Assembly (NCBI GenBank): GCA_964247055.1
Contig: OZ176053.1
Location: forward strand, 6,386,001-6,450,000
Length of the DNA stretch: 64,000 nt
Source: Paragordius varius
Taxonomy: Eukaryota > Animalia > Nematomorpha
Direction of reading: 5' to 3'
This document shows positions 1 through 12,800 of this stretch, piece by piece. The first letter of the stretch is position 1; each line of letters starts with the position of its first letter. The translations under genes were made by a program, and so were the position numbers. A model generated the notes under the pieces. It did not search any database, was not told where the DNA came from, and saw only the letters and a list, made by a program, of their open reading frames with translations.

Positions 1-244
1 CAAAAAGCCGTAATTTTAAGGTAAAATTTATTTGGGTTTAATTATGACATCAAAAAAATTTTGTAAAAACGAATCTGTTAAAAAAAATTTAACAAAATTT
101 TGATAATCGTATTTTATGGTATTTTGGAGCATAGTAAAAACGGTAGAAAAACACTTTAATACATTAATAACACTTTTCTATATTATTCAATGACGTAAAT
201 TCTATTACCTCAAAATTTTGAATAAAACATTGGTTCGTCTAAAA

Positions 245-513
245 CAGGTCTTTATCTTAAAAATTACGATGGCCGCATTCTAAATATCTATGGATTTTCA
301 TAAAAAATTTATTACATTTCAAACATAAGACATCAAAAAGAAAACGGAATGCAACATTTTTTCTCGTTCTTGCTGTTTGGAGAGATTTATGTAGAAAAAA
401 TTGTCTAGGGAATATTAATTTTATCAATATTAACACATTCTTGCAAATTATTGACTCCAAATTTTACGCGGGCAGCGAGAAAGTCTTGGAGGGCGGCGTG
501 TAAGCCACCTCTG
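245..513. mobile_element. Degenerate non-autonomous hAT (Charlie-like) MITE
   Basis: Starts CAGG at 245 and ends CACCTCTG at 513. Near-identical 8-bp flanks GTCTAAAA (237-244) and GTCTAGAA (514-521) resemble the nTCTAGAn target of Charlie-type hATs. TIRs are poorly conserved. Confidence 0.5.
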
Positions 514-748
514 GTCTAGAAAAATAAGAACTTTTTTTGTGATTTTCACATATAACTAAATGAAGTCGGAAAAATCATTTATTTTAAATTTTGAGGTGAT
601 TAAGCACTATAAAATTATATGGCAAATTGTTTATCTTACGTTAACGTTTGGGGTAGTGCACCCCAGAGCAATCGAAAATTTGAACTTATAAAATATTAAG
701 GCATTGGGTCGAATTCTATTACATGCTTTTACCTTTTTAGGCGCATAA

Positions 749-1622
749 TCTATATATTTATAAAAATGGAAAATGCTGGCTTTGTGATCTGGTACAGGAA
801 AACCGGTAGACCCAATCAAATCCAAATATCGAAAAAATATAATCATTAATAAATGTCCCGACAATAGCTTCGCCCTTTTTTTTAAATAGGCCCCAGTTCG
901 GGCCCACCCCGTATGAAAAACGGGTTTTTTTTGAAAACAGAAGTCCACAAAAATCGTGTCTTTGAGACAATTTTCTGGAGAACATGTTGGACCATTCAAT
1001 TTCAAATATAATTTTTGTTTACTTATTTTCGATTGCGCCGAACATAGTCGAGCCACTTTTTTGATTTAGGCCCTCTTTTTACCCGCTACCCCCGTAAAAT
1101 GCCATTTTTTTCAAAAAACAAAGTCCACAAAAATAATTTTTCGCCCTAGGTATGAGACCGTAAAAATTCAATATGGATTCCACGTCCAGTCAAGCGTTTC
1201 TATGATGATAGCTGCAGGGTAAGGAGCTACCCGCTAAAAACTGATTTTTCATGTAACTTTGTGATCTGTTTCCGGAAAACCGGTGAACCCAATCAAATTC
1301 AAATATCGAAAAAATATAATCATTAATGAATGCCCCGACAATAGCTTCGCCCTTTTTTGGAATTAGGTCCCCAGTTCGGGCCCACCCCGTGCGAAAAATG
1401 GGTTAAGTCAATTTTCCGGAGAACATGTTGGACCATTCAACTTCAAATATGATTTTTGTTTACTTATTTTTGATCGCGCCGAACATAGTCGTCTCGCTTT
1501 TTTAATTTAGTCCCACTTTTTGCCCGCTCTCCCCGTAAAATGCCATTACCCCCCCCCCCCCCCCCCCCCCAGAAGTCCGAAGGACTTCCTCGGGCTGCGT
1601 AGCAGCACAAGATTTACGCTAG
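749..1622 (+). mobile_element. Non-autonomous Helitron-like element
   Basis: Insertion signature A|TCTATATAT...CTAG|T (A748, TC 749-750, CTAG 1619-1622, T1623). Two 3' hairpins: GAAGTCC-gaa-GGACTTC (1572-1588) and GCTGC-gta-GCAGC (1594-1606). Two internal copies of a module of about 300 bp (about 780-1140 and 1255-1545). No TSD. Confidence 0.75.
1549..1570. repeat. Poly-C tract (C22; G22 on the minus strand)
   Basis: 22 consecutive C residues immediately before the Helitron 3' hairpins, in otherwise AT-rich DNA. Confidence 0.95.
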
Positions 1623-2189
1623 TTTAAAATAAATCGCATAAAAAAATATAAAATTTTATAAAAATGCTCATTAACTTTTCACGGCGGCCATTACAACAGG
1701 CATATAAATGTATATTATGATAAAAAAATGTAAATATTTAACTTTTTAAGCTCACTTATGGCATTTTACCAGCTAATTATTTAATCAGCTGTTTGATTCA
1801 ATTATACTGTGGTATTCCAATTCGGAACTCCTGAGGTTAAGAAATGTAAAAAATATAAATTTATTAATTGAAATATAGGAGAACAATATTTGATAATTAA
1901 ATTGTGATCACCACCTATAAAACAGTAGTTAATTTACAAGTTGCTCGGTGGTACAAACTACCCCGAAATGAAATTGTCTTCTTGTAAAGGTAATGAAGTT
2001 TAAAATATATTTTGTTGCTGTTGAAGATTTTAGCTCATTATTCTGATAGATGATTTGTTCCGCCTAAATTTATGTTAAATGATTGTTTTTTTTAAAGAAA
2101 ATCATTCTTTTCCGGCATTATCAAATGTGAAAAGAGGGTCTTTCGTATTTTAAGTTGTTTTCATATCGTTTCCACCATATCAAAATATA

Positions 2190-2720
2190 CGTTTCAACAC
2201 TATTTTGCTAAAATAATTTTTTAAAAAAGTATGCATTTTTCAGAACCAATTTGTTTTGATCTCCGGTGCGTCCAAAATCGGGATTATAAAAAATAATCTG
2301 ATAAAATATATATACATATTCTGATAGGAAAATGTATTAGGAATATTGTGGTTTTAGTTTTGGCCTACATTTTTGTGATAAGTGCTCCATATCAGAAAAT
2401 GCCAAAATTTGCGCACATTTTTTTTAATATTTTTTTTGATGAAAGCTAGAGGCTCATTCCAAAGAATATTACTAATACATATCATAAGCTAATTATAAAA
2501 AGAATAATATTTTTTAAAAAATTTAATTTTTAGATGTTGACTTCGAGAGTATTAAAATTTTGGAACTTCTAATATGGGCTAGTCCTCTTAAAATAAACGC
2601 AAAATGCCGGGATTGCGCGATGAAAATTTTAAATATACGCTAAATTATAATATCTACTATTTTTGAAAATGCATACTTTTTTCAAAAATTTAGTTTTCAG
2701 AAAAATTTTGTTGAAACATT
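2190..2720. repeat. Degenerate inverted-repeat (foldback-like) element
   Basis: aaaaaagtatgcattttt (about 2223) mirrors aaaatgcatactttttt (about 2666), and aatgtattaggaatatt (about 2331) mirrors aatattactaatacat (about 2465). Confidence 0.4.
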
Positions 2721-3701
2721 TTTCCTTCTATTTCGAGGCAAACGGTTTAAAACACTTTAAGATATTATTAAAACACTTTATCTATATAATTCGCTAATTC
2801 TGAACATTTCTCGCTTCAGAATTTTAATTATAAATGTTCGTTTGCCTAAAAATTTGACGCATTGTAAAAACAATTTTTATTTAAAATAAATTTGAAGACC
2901 AACGAATATTTTTATTAAAATTCCGAGATGATATAAAAGTTTTAGATTGTGGAATTATTTGGGAAAAGTATTTTTATAATATATTAAAGGGTTTGTAAAC
3001 CGTTTCCATTATGACTAAAAATAGTAAACTTCCACAAAATTTTGCTAAAAACTAAATTTTGAAAGAAGTACATATTGTTCACCTAAAGAAAAATATTCAC
3101 AAACGAGAAAATTTTGGAAATATCCAAATTCGGAAAAAGTCCCATATCTCAAAAATGAGCTCGATAAGTTATTTTTTTTCATAGATCTGTAATACCATAA
3201 AGAATCAGAAAATTATAAAAATTTAAGATCCAGAAAATTGACCCCAAATTTTATTGCACAATGTATGCCCTTGCCAAATTTTCTATTCTACCGGTTTTCG
3301 ATAGCGCAATTATCTAAGAAAAAACGTTCTTAACAGCCTTTTGGGGTATTTTTAAATCTCAGAGCGATGTGATATTTGAATATCGTAAAAAGTATCTAAA
3401 GTATTAAGCCGAATAGAAAAATATGCTTTCTTTAGCTTTTTCGGCGCATTATACATTTTGTGAAAAAAATGTAAATTTGTAAAAAAATTCTCATCTCAAC
3501 TATATTGCCGGCATTTTTTTTCTCTAATTATTTTTATTTGCTAATGGAACAGGCAACTAAATTATGGTTAGAAAATGTAAATGATTAACTTAAACACTCT
3601 ATTACCTTTTAGGATAGTTTTATATCACAAAGCGATTTAAAACTGTAACTTATATGTATTTATTGAGCAGAATTAAAAAATATGCGTTCTTTAGTTTAAG
3701 C

Positions 3702-5242
3702 CAGGGCTTCTTAAACTTTTGTATTTCCGACCCCATTTATGATTGCGAGTTTCTTAACGACCCCAACAAATATAAAAAAAATAATAGTTTCTTCGAAATA
3801 ACACTTAGAAATTTTGTTGATAATATTTATCAGGATTATTTCGGTTTTGAGAGATTGACAAAAATAAATCTACATTTTTTATAAATTTCCATAACATTTT
3901 CTGATTCATACTAAAATTATACAAGATACTAGCTGGCCCTGTCACGCTTCGGTGTGGCGTAGTCTCACCGATAATTATTCTTAATAATTTGCAATAAATT
4001 GAGTTAATGGGGATAAAAAATAATGATAAACATATTTAATAAAAAAAATGTCTTTAATTATTCTTTTACGGGTTTTTGCATAGGCTGAAATCTTGTGTAC
4101 TCGAAATTGACCATTTTTAATCTGTCCAAGGGATATAAAAAGTAAATCATTTATGGTTCCTTTTTAAAAAAAGAATAATATTATACAAATTCCCCAGAAA
4201 TGTGTTTAACTGAACTCGTATGGCCTCTTAAGCTTTTTGAAAATTAGCTCCAAAACTACGCCTATTTTTATGGCGTTTCAGTTTTAGACCGGTAGAATTT
4301 TAACGACAGACCTATATAGAAAAAGCGCTGAGTTAAATTTGCCTTTATAGGGCAAATATTTGGAATCATCTTTGATACCATCGTCTCATGGGTTATTCGA
4401 AAAAATACCTCATCACTAAAAAATCGTTATATGATGGTTAGGGAATAAAGGCCCCAAATTAAGGGCTAATAAAAAACCCCGACCTTAAATTTTTACCTAG
4501 TTAGGGGTAATATTTCAAGCTATTAGCTCATATGGCTTCATATACTTTCTATAAATTAGCTTAAAAAAACAATATCTATATAGTGGCGCAGTTTTAGCGG
4601 GTATATCCTTACGGCAGATAAAATTAAAAAAACGCAAGACTATAATTTTGCCTTTTAACAGTGAATAACTTAACTTAGTGAATTTTAACAGTCTCATATC
4701 CTGGGCAAAAAATTATTAAGTTTTTGAAAAAAATGGCATTTTATGGGGGAACGAGTAAAACGAGAGTTTAAATTAAAAAAGTAAGCCGACTAGTTCGGCG
4801 TAATCGAAAAAAAGTAAAAATAATCATATTTAAAATCGATTGGTCCAACACGTTTTCCGGAAAATTGTCTCAAAGACACGATTTTTCTGGACTTCTGTTT
4901 TCAAAAAACCGTTTTTTACACGGGATGGGTGCCGAACTGGGAGCCTAATTCAAAAAAAGGGCGAAGGTATTGTCGGGGCATTCATTAATGATTATATTTT
5001 TTTGACATTTCGATTTGAATGGGTCTACCGGTTTTCCGGAAACAGATTACAAAGCAATGATTAGAATGAAAATGCTGGTATGAACAGCCTTTCCGAACCA
5101 GAAGATTTGATATATTTATCTACGATGATTGTTATTTTTCCTTATAATAATAATTTCACCTGTTAAAAACATTTTTCGTTAGATTGTATTTTTATCACTC
5201 GCGACCCCTAATAGGTTGCGACTCATAGTTTAAGATGCCCTG
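3702..5242. mobile_element. Non-autonomous hAT element carrying a nested Helitron-like insertion
   Basis: 16-bp TIRs CAGGGCTTCTTAAACT and CAGGGCATCTTAAACT (1 mismatch). Perfect 8-bp TSD GTTTAAGC at 3694-3701 and 5243-5250. Confidence 0.85.
3929..5060 (-). mobile_element. Helitron-like element, same family as 749-1622, nested in the hAT
   Basis: The plus strand reads A|CTAG at 3928-3932, followed by hairpin GTCACGC-ttcg-GTGTGGC. 4730-5055 is the reverse complement of the module at 780-1100. The 5' end is uncertain (5060-5077). Confidence 0.65.
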
Positions 5243-5389
5243 GTTTAAGCGGATCATAGAAAAAATTGTTTTTGACAATGTATATTGTAAAATCCTCATC
5301 TCAAACTTTCTGCCGCCATTTTTCTATATATTTTAATGGCTAATGTAACAGGCAAATAGATGTATATTTGGAAAAATAATTATGTTTAA

Positions 5390-5962
5390 CACTTCGATTC
5401 AATTTGGGGTATCAAAATACCCCATACTAAGTTTGAGTTAGGATTTTTAAAAAACTACTGAAGGAATCGGTCCCAATTTAAATTTATGCTTCTATCCTAA
5501 TGTATAAATATGCCAAAACATCTAAATAAAATTTTGTTTTAAAAAAAAGTTCCATGTCAAACTACTTCGACGCCATTTTTATTTTGCAAATTTTTTGCAA
5601 AATATCGTCTTGATTTAATTTTAAGGGTAGAATTAAATCTAATTTTTTATTTAGAGTACATCTAAAATTTTGTGAAATAGAAAAAGCGGGTTATTTTGTA
5701 ATATTTTTCAATTTTACCATTGCACACATGTCACGTGACTAAATTTTTACCTTTCGGTTTTAGCTTAAAATAAGTAATATCAAATATTTTTAAATATATT
5801 TTTTTATATATTTTGGTTTTGTAATGTTATATATGTGCAAAATTTTGCCATGGTCTCGATACCTTTCATATTTTTTAAAGAATTTTATTTTAGAGAGGCC
5901 TGGGGAATTTAACTACCCCAATTAGAATCGAAAGACTAAAATGAATGTGTTGTATCCAAGTG
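5390..5962. mobile_element. TTAA-flanked MITE, copy A (piggyBac-like target)
   Basis: TTAA (5386-5389), then CACTTCGAT...ATCCAAGTG, then GTAA. The internal sequence is closely similar to copy B. Confidence 0.7.
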
Positions 5963-5966
5963 GTAA

Positions 5967-6586
5967 CACTTTGATTCAAATTGGGGTATCTAAATACCTC
6001 AGATTTGAGTTAGGATTTTTAAAAAACTACTGAAGGAAACGGTCCCAATTTATCACTTGGATTTAATTTGGGGTATCTAAATGCCCCAGACCAAATTAGA
6101 GTTAAAAAAAAAACTACTAAAGGAAACGGTCCTAATTTAAATTTATGCTTCTATCCTAATCAAAAGTATATGAATTTGCCAAAATATCTAAATAAAATTT
6201 TGTTTTGAAAAAACCATGTCAAGCTACTTGGACGCCATTTTTATTTTGAAAAATTTTTGCAAATTATCGTCTTCATTTAATTTTAAGGGTAAAATTAAAG
6301 CTAATTTTTAATATAAATTACATCTAACATTGAAAGAGATAAAAAAGCGGTTTATTCCGTAGTAATTTTTAATTTTACCATTCCACACATGTCACGTTCA
6401 CAAAATTTCTACCTCTCGGTTTTAGCTATGAATAAGTTATATCAAGTATTTTTAATAAGTGCACAATTTTGCCATAGTTTCGATTCCTTCCATATTTTTT
6501 AAAGAATTTAGTTTTAAACAGGCCTGGAGTATTTAACTACCCCAATTTTAATCGAAGGACAAAAATGAATGTGTTTTATCCAAGTG
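5967..6586. mobile_element. TTAA-flanked MITE, copy B (tandem with copy A)
   Basis: GTAA (5963-5966), then CACTTTGAT...ATCCAAGTG, then TTAA (6587-6590). It contains an extra partial duplication of the 5' block at about 6052-6135. Confidence 0.7.
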
Positions 6587-6845
6587 TTAAAGTGTAATTT
6601 TTAGTGCTGTATGTCAGAATATTTTTTGATTTTACCATTTAATATTTCTTTCATAAAATATTGTAATATTAGGTAAGCCAATAACTTTATTTTTTTCGTG
6701 GATGTGTATAGAGCGTAAACACTTTTGCTTGTGCTGTTTACTGTTGTAGTATGAGGTTTGTAAAACATATATTCATTTTAATTCAGCCGTTTTTTTAATA
6801 AAAATTCTTTAAACCGTCGAAGGAAATTTTAATAGTGGATCACAT

Positions 6846-9800
6846 ATGAAGAAAGTTCGTAATTATAAATTTTCTATCATAAATTCCCCTGGATTCTATG
6901 AAGATGATTTTCAAGCAAACGAATATAAATCATCCCATTCTTTGAGCCCTCATTCTTTAATAAAAAAGGATTTTAATTACGAAAATAACTCGACTGCAGA
7001 TACTCATAAATATAAAGATAATCATTTTCAGCATAATAAAAACAGTAAATTTCGGTTGAAAGATGTAATTTTTTTGGATTCATCACACCATTCCAAACCA
7101 ACCACCAATAAACTTTTAAAAAAATCACGTAATAAATTTTTATTTAGAAATTCTTCCTTATCTCCTATATTAAATTATAAGCGATCATCCAGAAAGATTG
7201 AGTTTTCTCCCCGTTTATCTAGCCTTAATTCACGCAAGCCTATTAAAAAAAGTAAAAGTACCACGAGTTTTGGTTCATTCGATCGTGGGGAATATGCACA
7301 TTCCAAGGGGTTTAGCCCTCACAACGCTTTTAGAGTTACTTTTAACCGTTACTCTCAAGATGTATGTAAATTGTTTGATAAGACACGCATTTTAAATCAC
7401 TTTGATCAACAAACACATCCACAAATTCAATCTTCCTCACATGAGGATACATTGACTAAAAGAAGTAATAAACGGCATTTAGCAACAAATCAAAAAAATT
7501 CTGCTACATTGTTGCCCTTAACACCTGACGATGATTCGAAATTGCTTTTATCACCGGAAACTAATGATGCTATCAGCAACACAGAACTTAAGGATTCTTG
7601 CGATGAACTTGAAGAAAAGGCCGTGGCTTATTCGCCAAATGGTCGATTTATGAAATTCGACGAGGAAGTTGGAAGGGGCTCCTTCAAAACTGTATACCGT
7701 GGGCTGGATACTGAGAATGGGGTTTACGTAGCTTGGTGTGAATTACAGGTATCTATATACATATTTTTACAAATAGATAAAATTTTTGACAGTCTGCTTT
7801 TTATGGAGATTAGTCATAATTAAAAATTAAATGTATGCGAAATATTTTTTTATCGATTGAACCATTTTTTTCTAAGTTTTATGGACATTACGCAGATGTA
7901 TTTTATGTGATATTATCAATATTCGATTTTTTGAAATTCATTAAGCAAATTTGTATTTCTTTTTAATGAGTTAAAAATTTAAATTTTAGTGTGAGGTTCT
8001 AATATCCTAATTGTCTGCAACATTTTTAGCGATGTGTTTAGGTGAGTTAGTACACTTTATAAAATATACGTGACCAGATAAAGGTGTGCTAACCATTCGT
8101 TTTTTAATCTAAACATTATATGAAAATATTTTTTTAATAAATATTTGTTTTAACCATAAACTATTATAAATAATTCGAATACTATATACATTTTTCACGA
8201 ATTTTAATCTTTCAGATGATGATTACATTTTTCTATTTTTAGCACTCTTATTATAACTGTATAATATAACTAACAGCTTTTTCGGTTCATTTGACTATGT
8301 ATGCGCTTTATGAATTTTTGGTTTTCTTATGATATTTTAAAAACAATTTTTGGAAATCAAATCACGTACTAACTTTATGAGTTTTGACCTAAGTCTTATA
8401 TGATAAACATTGTATACTTCATGCACATTTGAAAAAAATTTATATGTAAAATATTTGGGTGGATATTGATAATATAATAAATATATTTAAAAAATATTAG
8501 TGATATAACTCATATATATATTGGATAATTTTGTAATAACTTTTATTGCGTGCGTGAGTATGTGGAAAGGTGGATTATCAATAAATTTTTATATTTATAA
8601 CAACCATATAGCTCTCTTTTTATGGTATTATAAAGATTTAAAAATGTTATAATTAAATATGCAATTATCGATTAAAAATGATGAATCATGATTGGGTTAT
8701 GATGTGTGGAGAGACACATGTATGTCTATTGCTAAATGGCAAGCAATCACATTACAGTTATAGCTATAGTATTGGTTATATAGTTTAAATTGGAGAATAA
8801 ATTTTAAAATTAAACCAACCCTTGCTTACATATTTAAATTTTTTGCCCATCAATATATTTTTTTAAACTATATATTGAAAAAATTAATAATAAACAACCT
8901 TAAATATATTAATTGGTAAAAAATGCAAAAACTAATTACATGTTCATTTCCATCCATGTACGTGAAAAAAAAACATTTATTTTTTAACCTTAATTAGGGG
9001 AAAAACCAAATCAGAATAACAATTTTTTGTGAACAATGTTAAACTTATTGTATTGTACCTAGATAAGGTATTTACCAATTTTACATTTTTATTACAATGT
9101 AGAATAAAATCCGCTCAAACAATTATAATGGCGTAAAATAATGAAAAAAATGATCAAATTGTAGTTAAATTAATATATAATAATTAATAATTTTAGGAAA
9201 AAAAGTTATCTAAAGCTGAGCGCCAACGCTTCCGTGAAGAGGCCGAAATGTTAAAGAATCTGCAACACCCAAACATTGTCAGATTTTATGATTATTGGGA
9301 GATGCTTATGCCCAAACGCAAAATTATAGTTTTGGTGACGGAACTTATGACATCCGGGACATTAAAAACGTAAGTAACTTTTTTATTTTAATCCAATTCA
9401 ATTTTTTTTATCCAAAATTAATCGTTATGATTGATTGAGTGACAAGATATTCCTTGCACAAAAACAAACAAATTATTTAACCTTGATATTACAATACTAT
9501 ATTTATTTGTAAGTGTTAATCCGATAAAATAGAGTGAGTGACCAATTTAGTAACAATATTTGTTTTATTTGTAAATTTATTTATCTACTAAAGCCTCTGT
9601 ATTCAAAATCGAACAAATGCTATATTAACCAAAATCATACTCACAGCATAGTTTGTAACAAACGTTTTCTTGTTCCCAGCATACATAAACTTTGTGGGGA
9701 ACGATTTTACTAGGGATTATTTTTCCATATTAGCAAGTTAAGATTTTTTATTGTTTGATAACAAGTGTTAAATTGTTTGCTAAAATATATATGAATGAAA

Positions 9801-12800
9801 AGTTTGAATATTCGTTTGATAAGCAACGCATGCTTTTATAAACAAATAACTACTTACACTCTTACTATTTGAATATTTACAAATATATGTTTATTTATAC
9901 ATACTAGTTATTTAACACCATTTTAGCGTATTACGCTGGTTTTTTCATCAAATTTGTTTACATAAGAGTTTTTTAATGTATAACTCAGATTTAAACATCA
10001 AATTATTTTATTAATCAAAACAGGAGAGACACTTTCATTAGATTGTATTGATCAAATTTGGTGTTAAAGTATATTTATTGATTTTTTATTAAGAACTAAG
10101 CGTTTATTAAAATTCACTATCATGAGATATGTTATTAATCTCTAGTATAAATGGTGATTTTTCCATTTTTGACCAAATCTTTTAATTCAATAAAATTTAC
10201 CCAGGTTTTGTGTTTCTTTTGAAGGATTTATATATATTATTTTAATATGACTAGAATCCTTCAACCAACATTTATCGCAAATAAATTAAGTTTTACAAGA
10301 GAATTTAAAAGTTTGACGTTACAATATCAAGCACTAAAAAATATAGCTAAGCAAACCAACACATCACTGGTTAAAAAGAGTATTCTACTTTAAGCAAGTT
10401 AAATAGTTGGCTAAAGGACTTAATTATTAAGTTGGTCCTATCATGTTGAAATTTGACCGAGTATCTAAACATAACAAATATTTAATTACAATGGACCCCC
10501 TATATTAACCCCAATTATGGGAAAAAATACATGATTTAGTATGCGCATCATGACCGTTTTTTGAGAAAAATATTTTTTTTCAAAATTAATTAATATTTAT
10601 TTTTTTCTTATTAAATATTAACCCATTTAAGTTGGGGTAAGGTTTATTTAACCTTAAACGATATTCAGACACTATACTTTATTTGAAAATTGCAATGGTG
10701 ACAGCTCATCAGCGTAAGCCAAAATTTAAAGGCGCTGTTTATTTCTAGAAGCTCATTCATTATAAGGGACTGGGGGGGGGTTACTCTATGTTATTTTGTA
10801 AGTCCATTTTATCATACAAAATTTCGGACATTCAGCGACCAATAGTTGTTGCGATTAACTCTTTTATCATTTTTTATATCACCGATGGCATATTAATCAA
10901 TGTATTATAATTTATATTTTAATCAATAATATTGCAAAATGTTCTTGCATTTTAGCCAAAAAATATTGCAAAGTTAGATTATGTTTCGTTCATCACATAA
11001 TAAAACACAATGGAATGGAATATATATTTTAATGATAAACATAATTATAGTTTTTGGACCGATATTCAATAATTTAGGTGCAACAATATTTACATAGACG
11101 TTAACCGAATTTTTAGTTAAGCTGGGAATCATTTTTAATACCTTTGAGCTATTATTAAATCATCAATAGCTTCTTAGTTTAAAAAAAGGCATTACATTGT
11201 TTGACATGAAGTGTTAAATTTGGTTACCTAAAAGACCTATATATCCAACGTGCATTGGTTAAGTTTTAACTTTATCTTGAAATAAATAATTAACATTCGA
11301 ATCGCAATGTGTTATTGATCATATACCGCAAATTTAAATATGTAATATAGAGAGAAATGTATCGTTCACCTACTTTTTAATGTTGCTGCTTACTTAAATT
11401 ACAGTTTGACTATAAAAATGTTAATTAGCTCTCGAAATGGTGTTGTAAGTTTAAAAACTTTTTGTATGAATGTCTCACTTCAATGCCTAATTTATCCTTG
11501 CACACGCTTAATGGGAGACATAAAAATGTTTAAACGGTTTCACTCACCACACTACGTACAAGATGTGGACATCAGACATTACTATTGATTTTATCGTACA
11601 ATTATTGTACATTTCACGTTACTTCGTTTGACAGTAAAATAGTCATTTTTTGCGTATAGAGCATAGCAAACTGTAAAAAGTTTAGCTTACCATCTATCTT
11701 TCTTACGTTTTATTGACATAGCAAGCATTACGTAAATATCTACCAATATTCGTCATATGATTGTATACACATTGATTTTTCTAAAGTTTCTTTAATAGTA
11801 ATGCAAAAACTTTTTATTGGTACAAAGAATGGATTTAAATTTAAATATCTTTTTTTCTTTTATACTATTACTATATGGATGGCCGCCTTTTTCAAATTAT
11901 ACCCTCACAGGGCTTTTAAATGTTGTTTATGATAATTATCATCTACTTTTCTTTTTTAATAAGATGGGGTTCATCGTACAACCGTTTTAGGTTTTCTTTA
12001 ATGTCCATTTTTGCTGAGTCAAACACAAAAATTTTTGTTAAATATATTATATATGGATATTTTTTGCATAAGGGTCATGATACGGATAATAAGCCATGTA
12101 TTTTCCCACAATCAGGGTTATGAGGAGGTTTATATATGATAAATAAAACTTGGAGAATCGATTTGATCTGCCTATTTGTGGTGCAAATCATATAATGCAA
12201 AGCAATTTATAATAGTTATTTTTTATTATATATTTACCTTTATTATATGATTGTTTTGCGATGCTTAGGTATCATGTTTTATGCGCGCGATCTAATTACA
12301 TCATTCAGAGTGATTATATGTATAAACATAAATTATGCGCCATATATAATAATTTGTTAGATATAATTAAGTAATTTTGCTTAGTTTCTCCCTAAAAATA
12401 AAAGTTTTGTAATTATTTACCCCTGAAAACTTTAAAAAATTCTTACACAAAGGCACTATTCGTTCACTTTCTTTATTTTATTAATTTAAAATGACTTTTA
12501 AAAATTTAGGTTTTTGAATCTATAGTTTTTATATAGAGGATTTTGAAACTCAAAAACTGTATAAAAACTTTAATTTAACTCCCTAATTAATTGATTAATA
12601 TTATTTAATATCTTTAATAATGAAATTTATAAAAAAGGGCTAAACTTTTGGGTATAAAAGGCGTTTAATTGTTTGAATAAATCTAATGCCATAACAAATA
12701 TGATTTTTCTTTTATAAATCAAACCCTTGCAAATCTTACTGTTTACTGTATTATTTTCCGAATCACATATATTTCAATATATAAAAATCGAAGTTTAAAG

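Larger units (their letters stand above)
680..2000 (+). repeat. Copy of dispersed repeat family R1, split by the Helitron at 749-1622
   Basis: The segments gcaatcgaaaatttgaac...ttttaggcgcataa (before 749) and gagaacaatatttgataattaaatt (about 1880) match 35905-36010 and about 36270. Other copies lie at about 3330-3595, 3600-3701 plus 5251-5385, and inverted at about 16120-16320. Confidence 0.55.

Noticed and set aside
631-1056. 141-aa minus-strand ORF, and similar ORFs at 758-985, 4515-4697 and 4840-5064
   Set aside because: They lie in non-coding Helitron modules, frames are not conserved between copies, and there is no recognisable domain.
8679-8780. Box C-like ATGATGA in WNK intron 1, suggesting a C/D snoRNA
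   Set aside because: No box D (CTGA) or terminal stem at a suitable distance.
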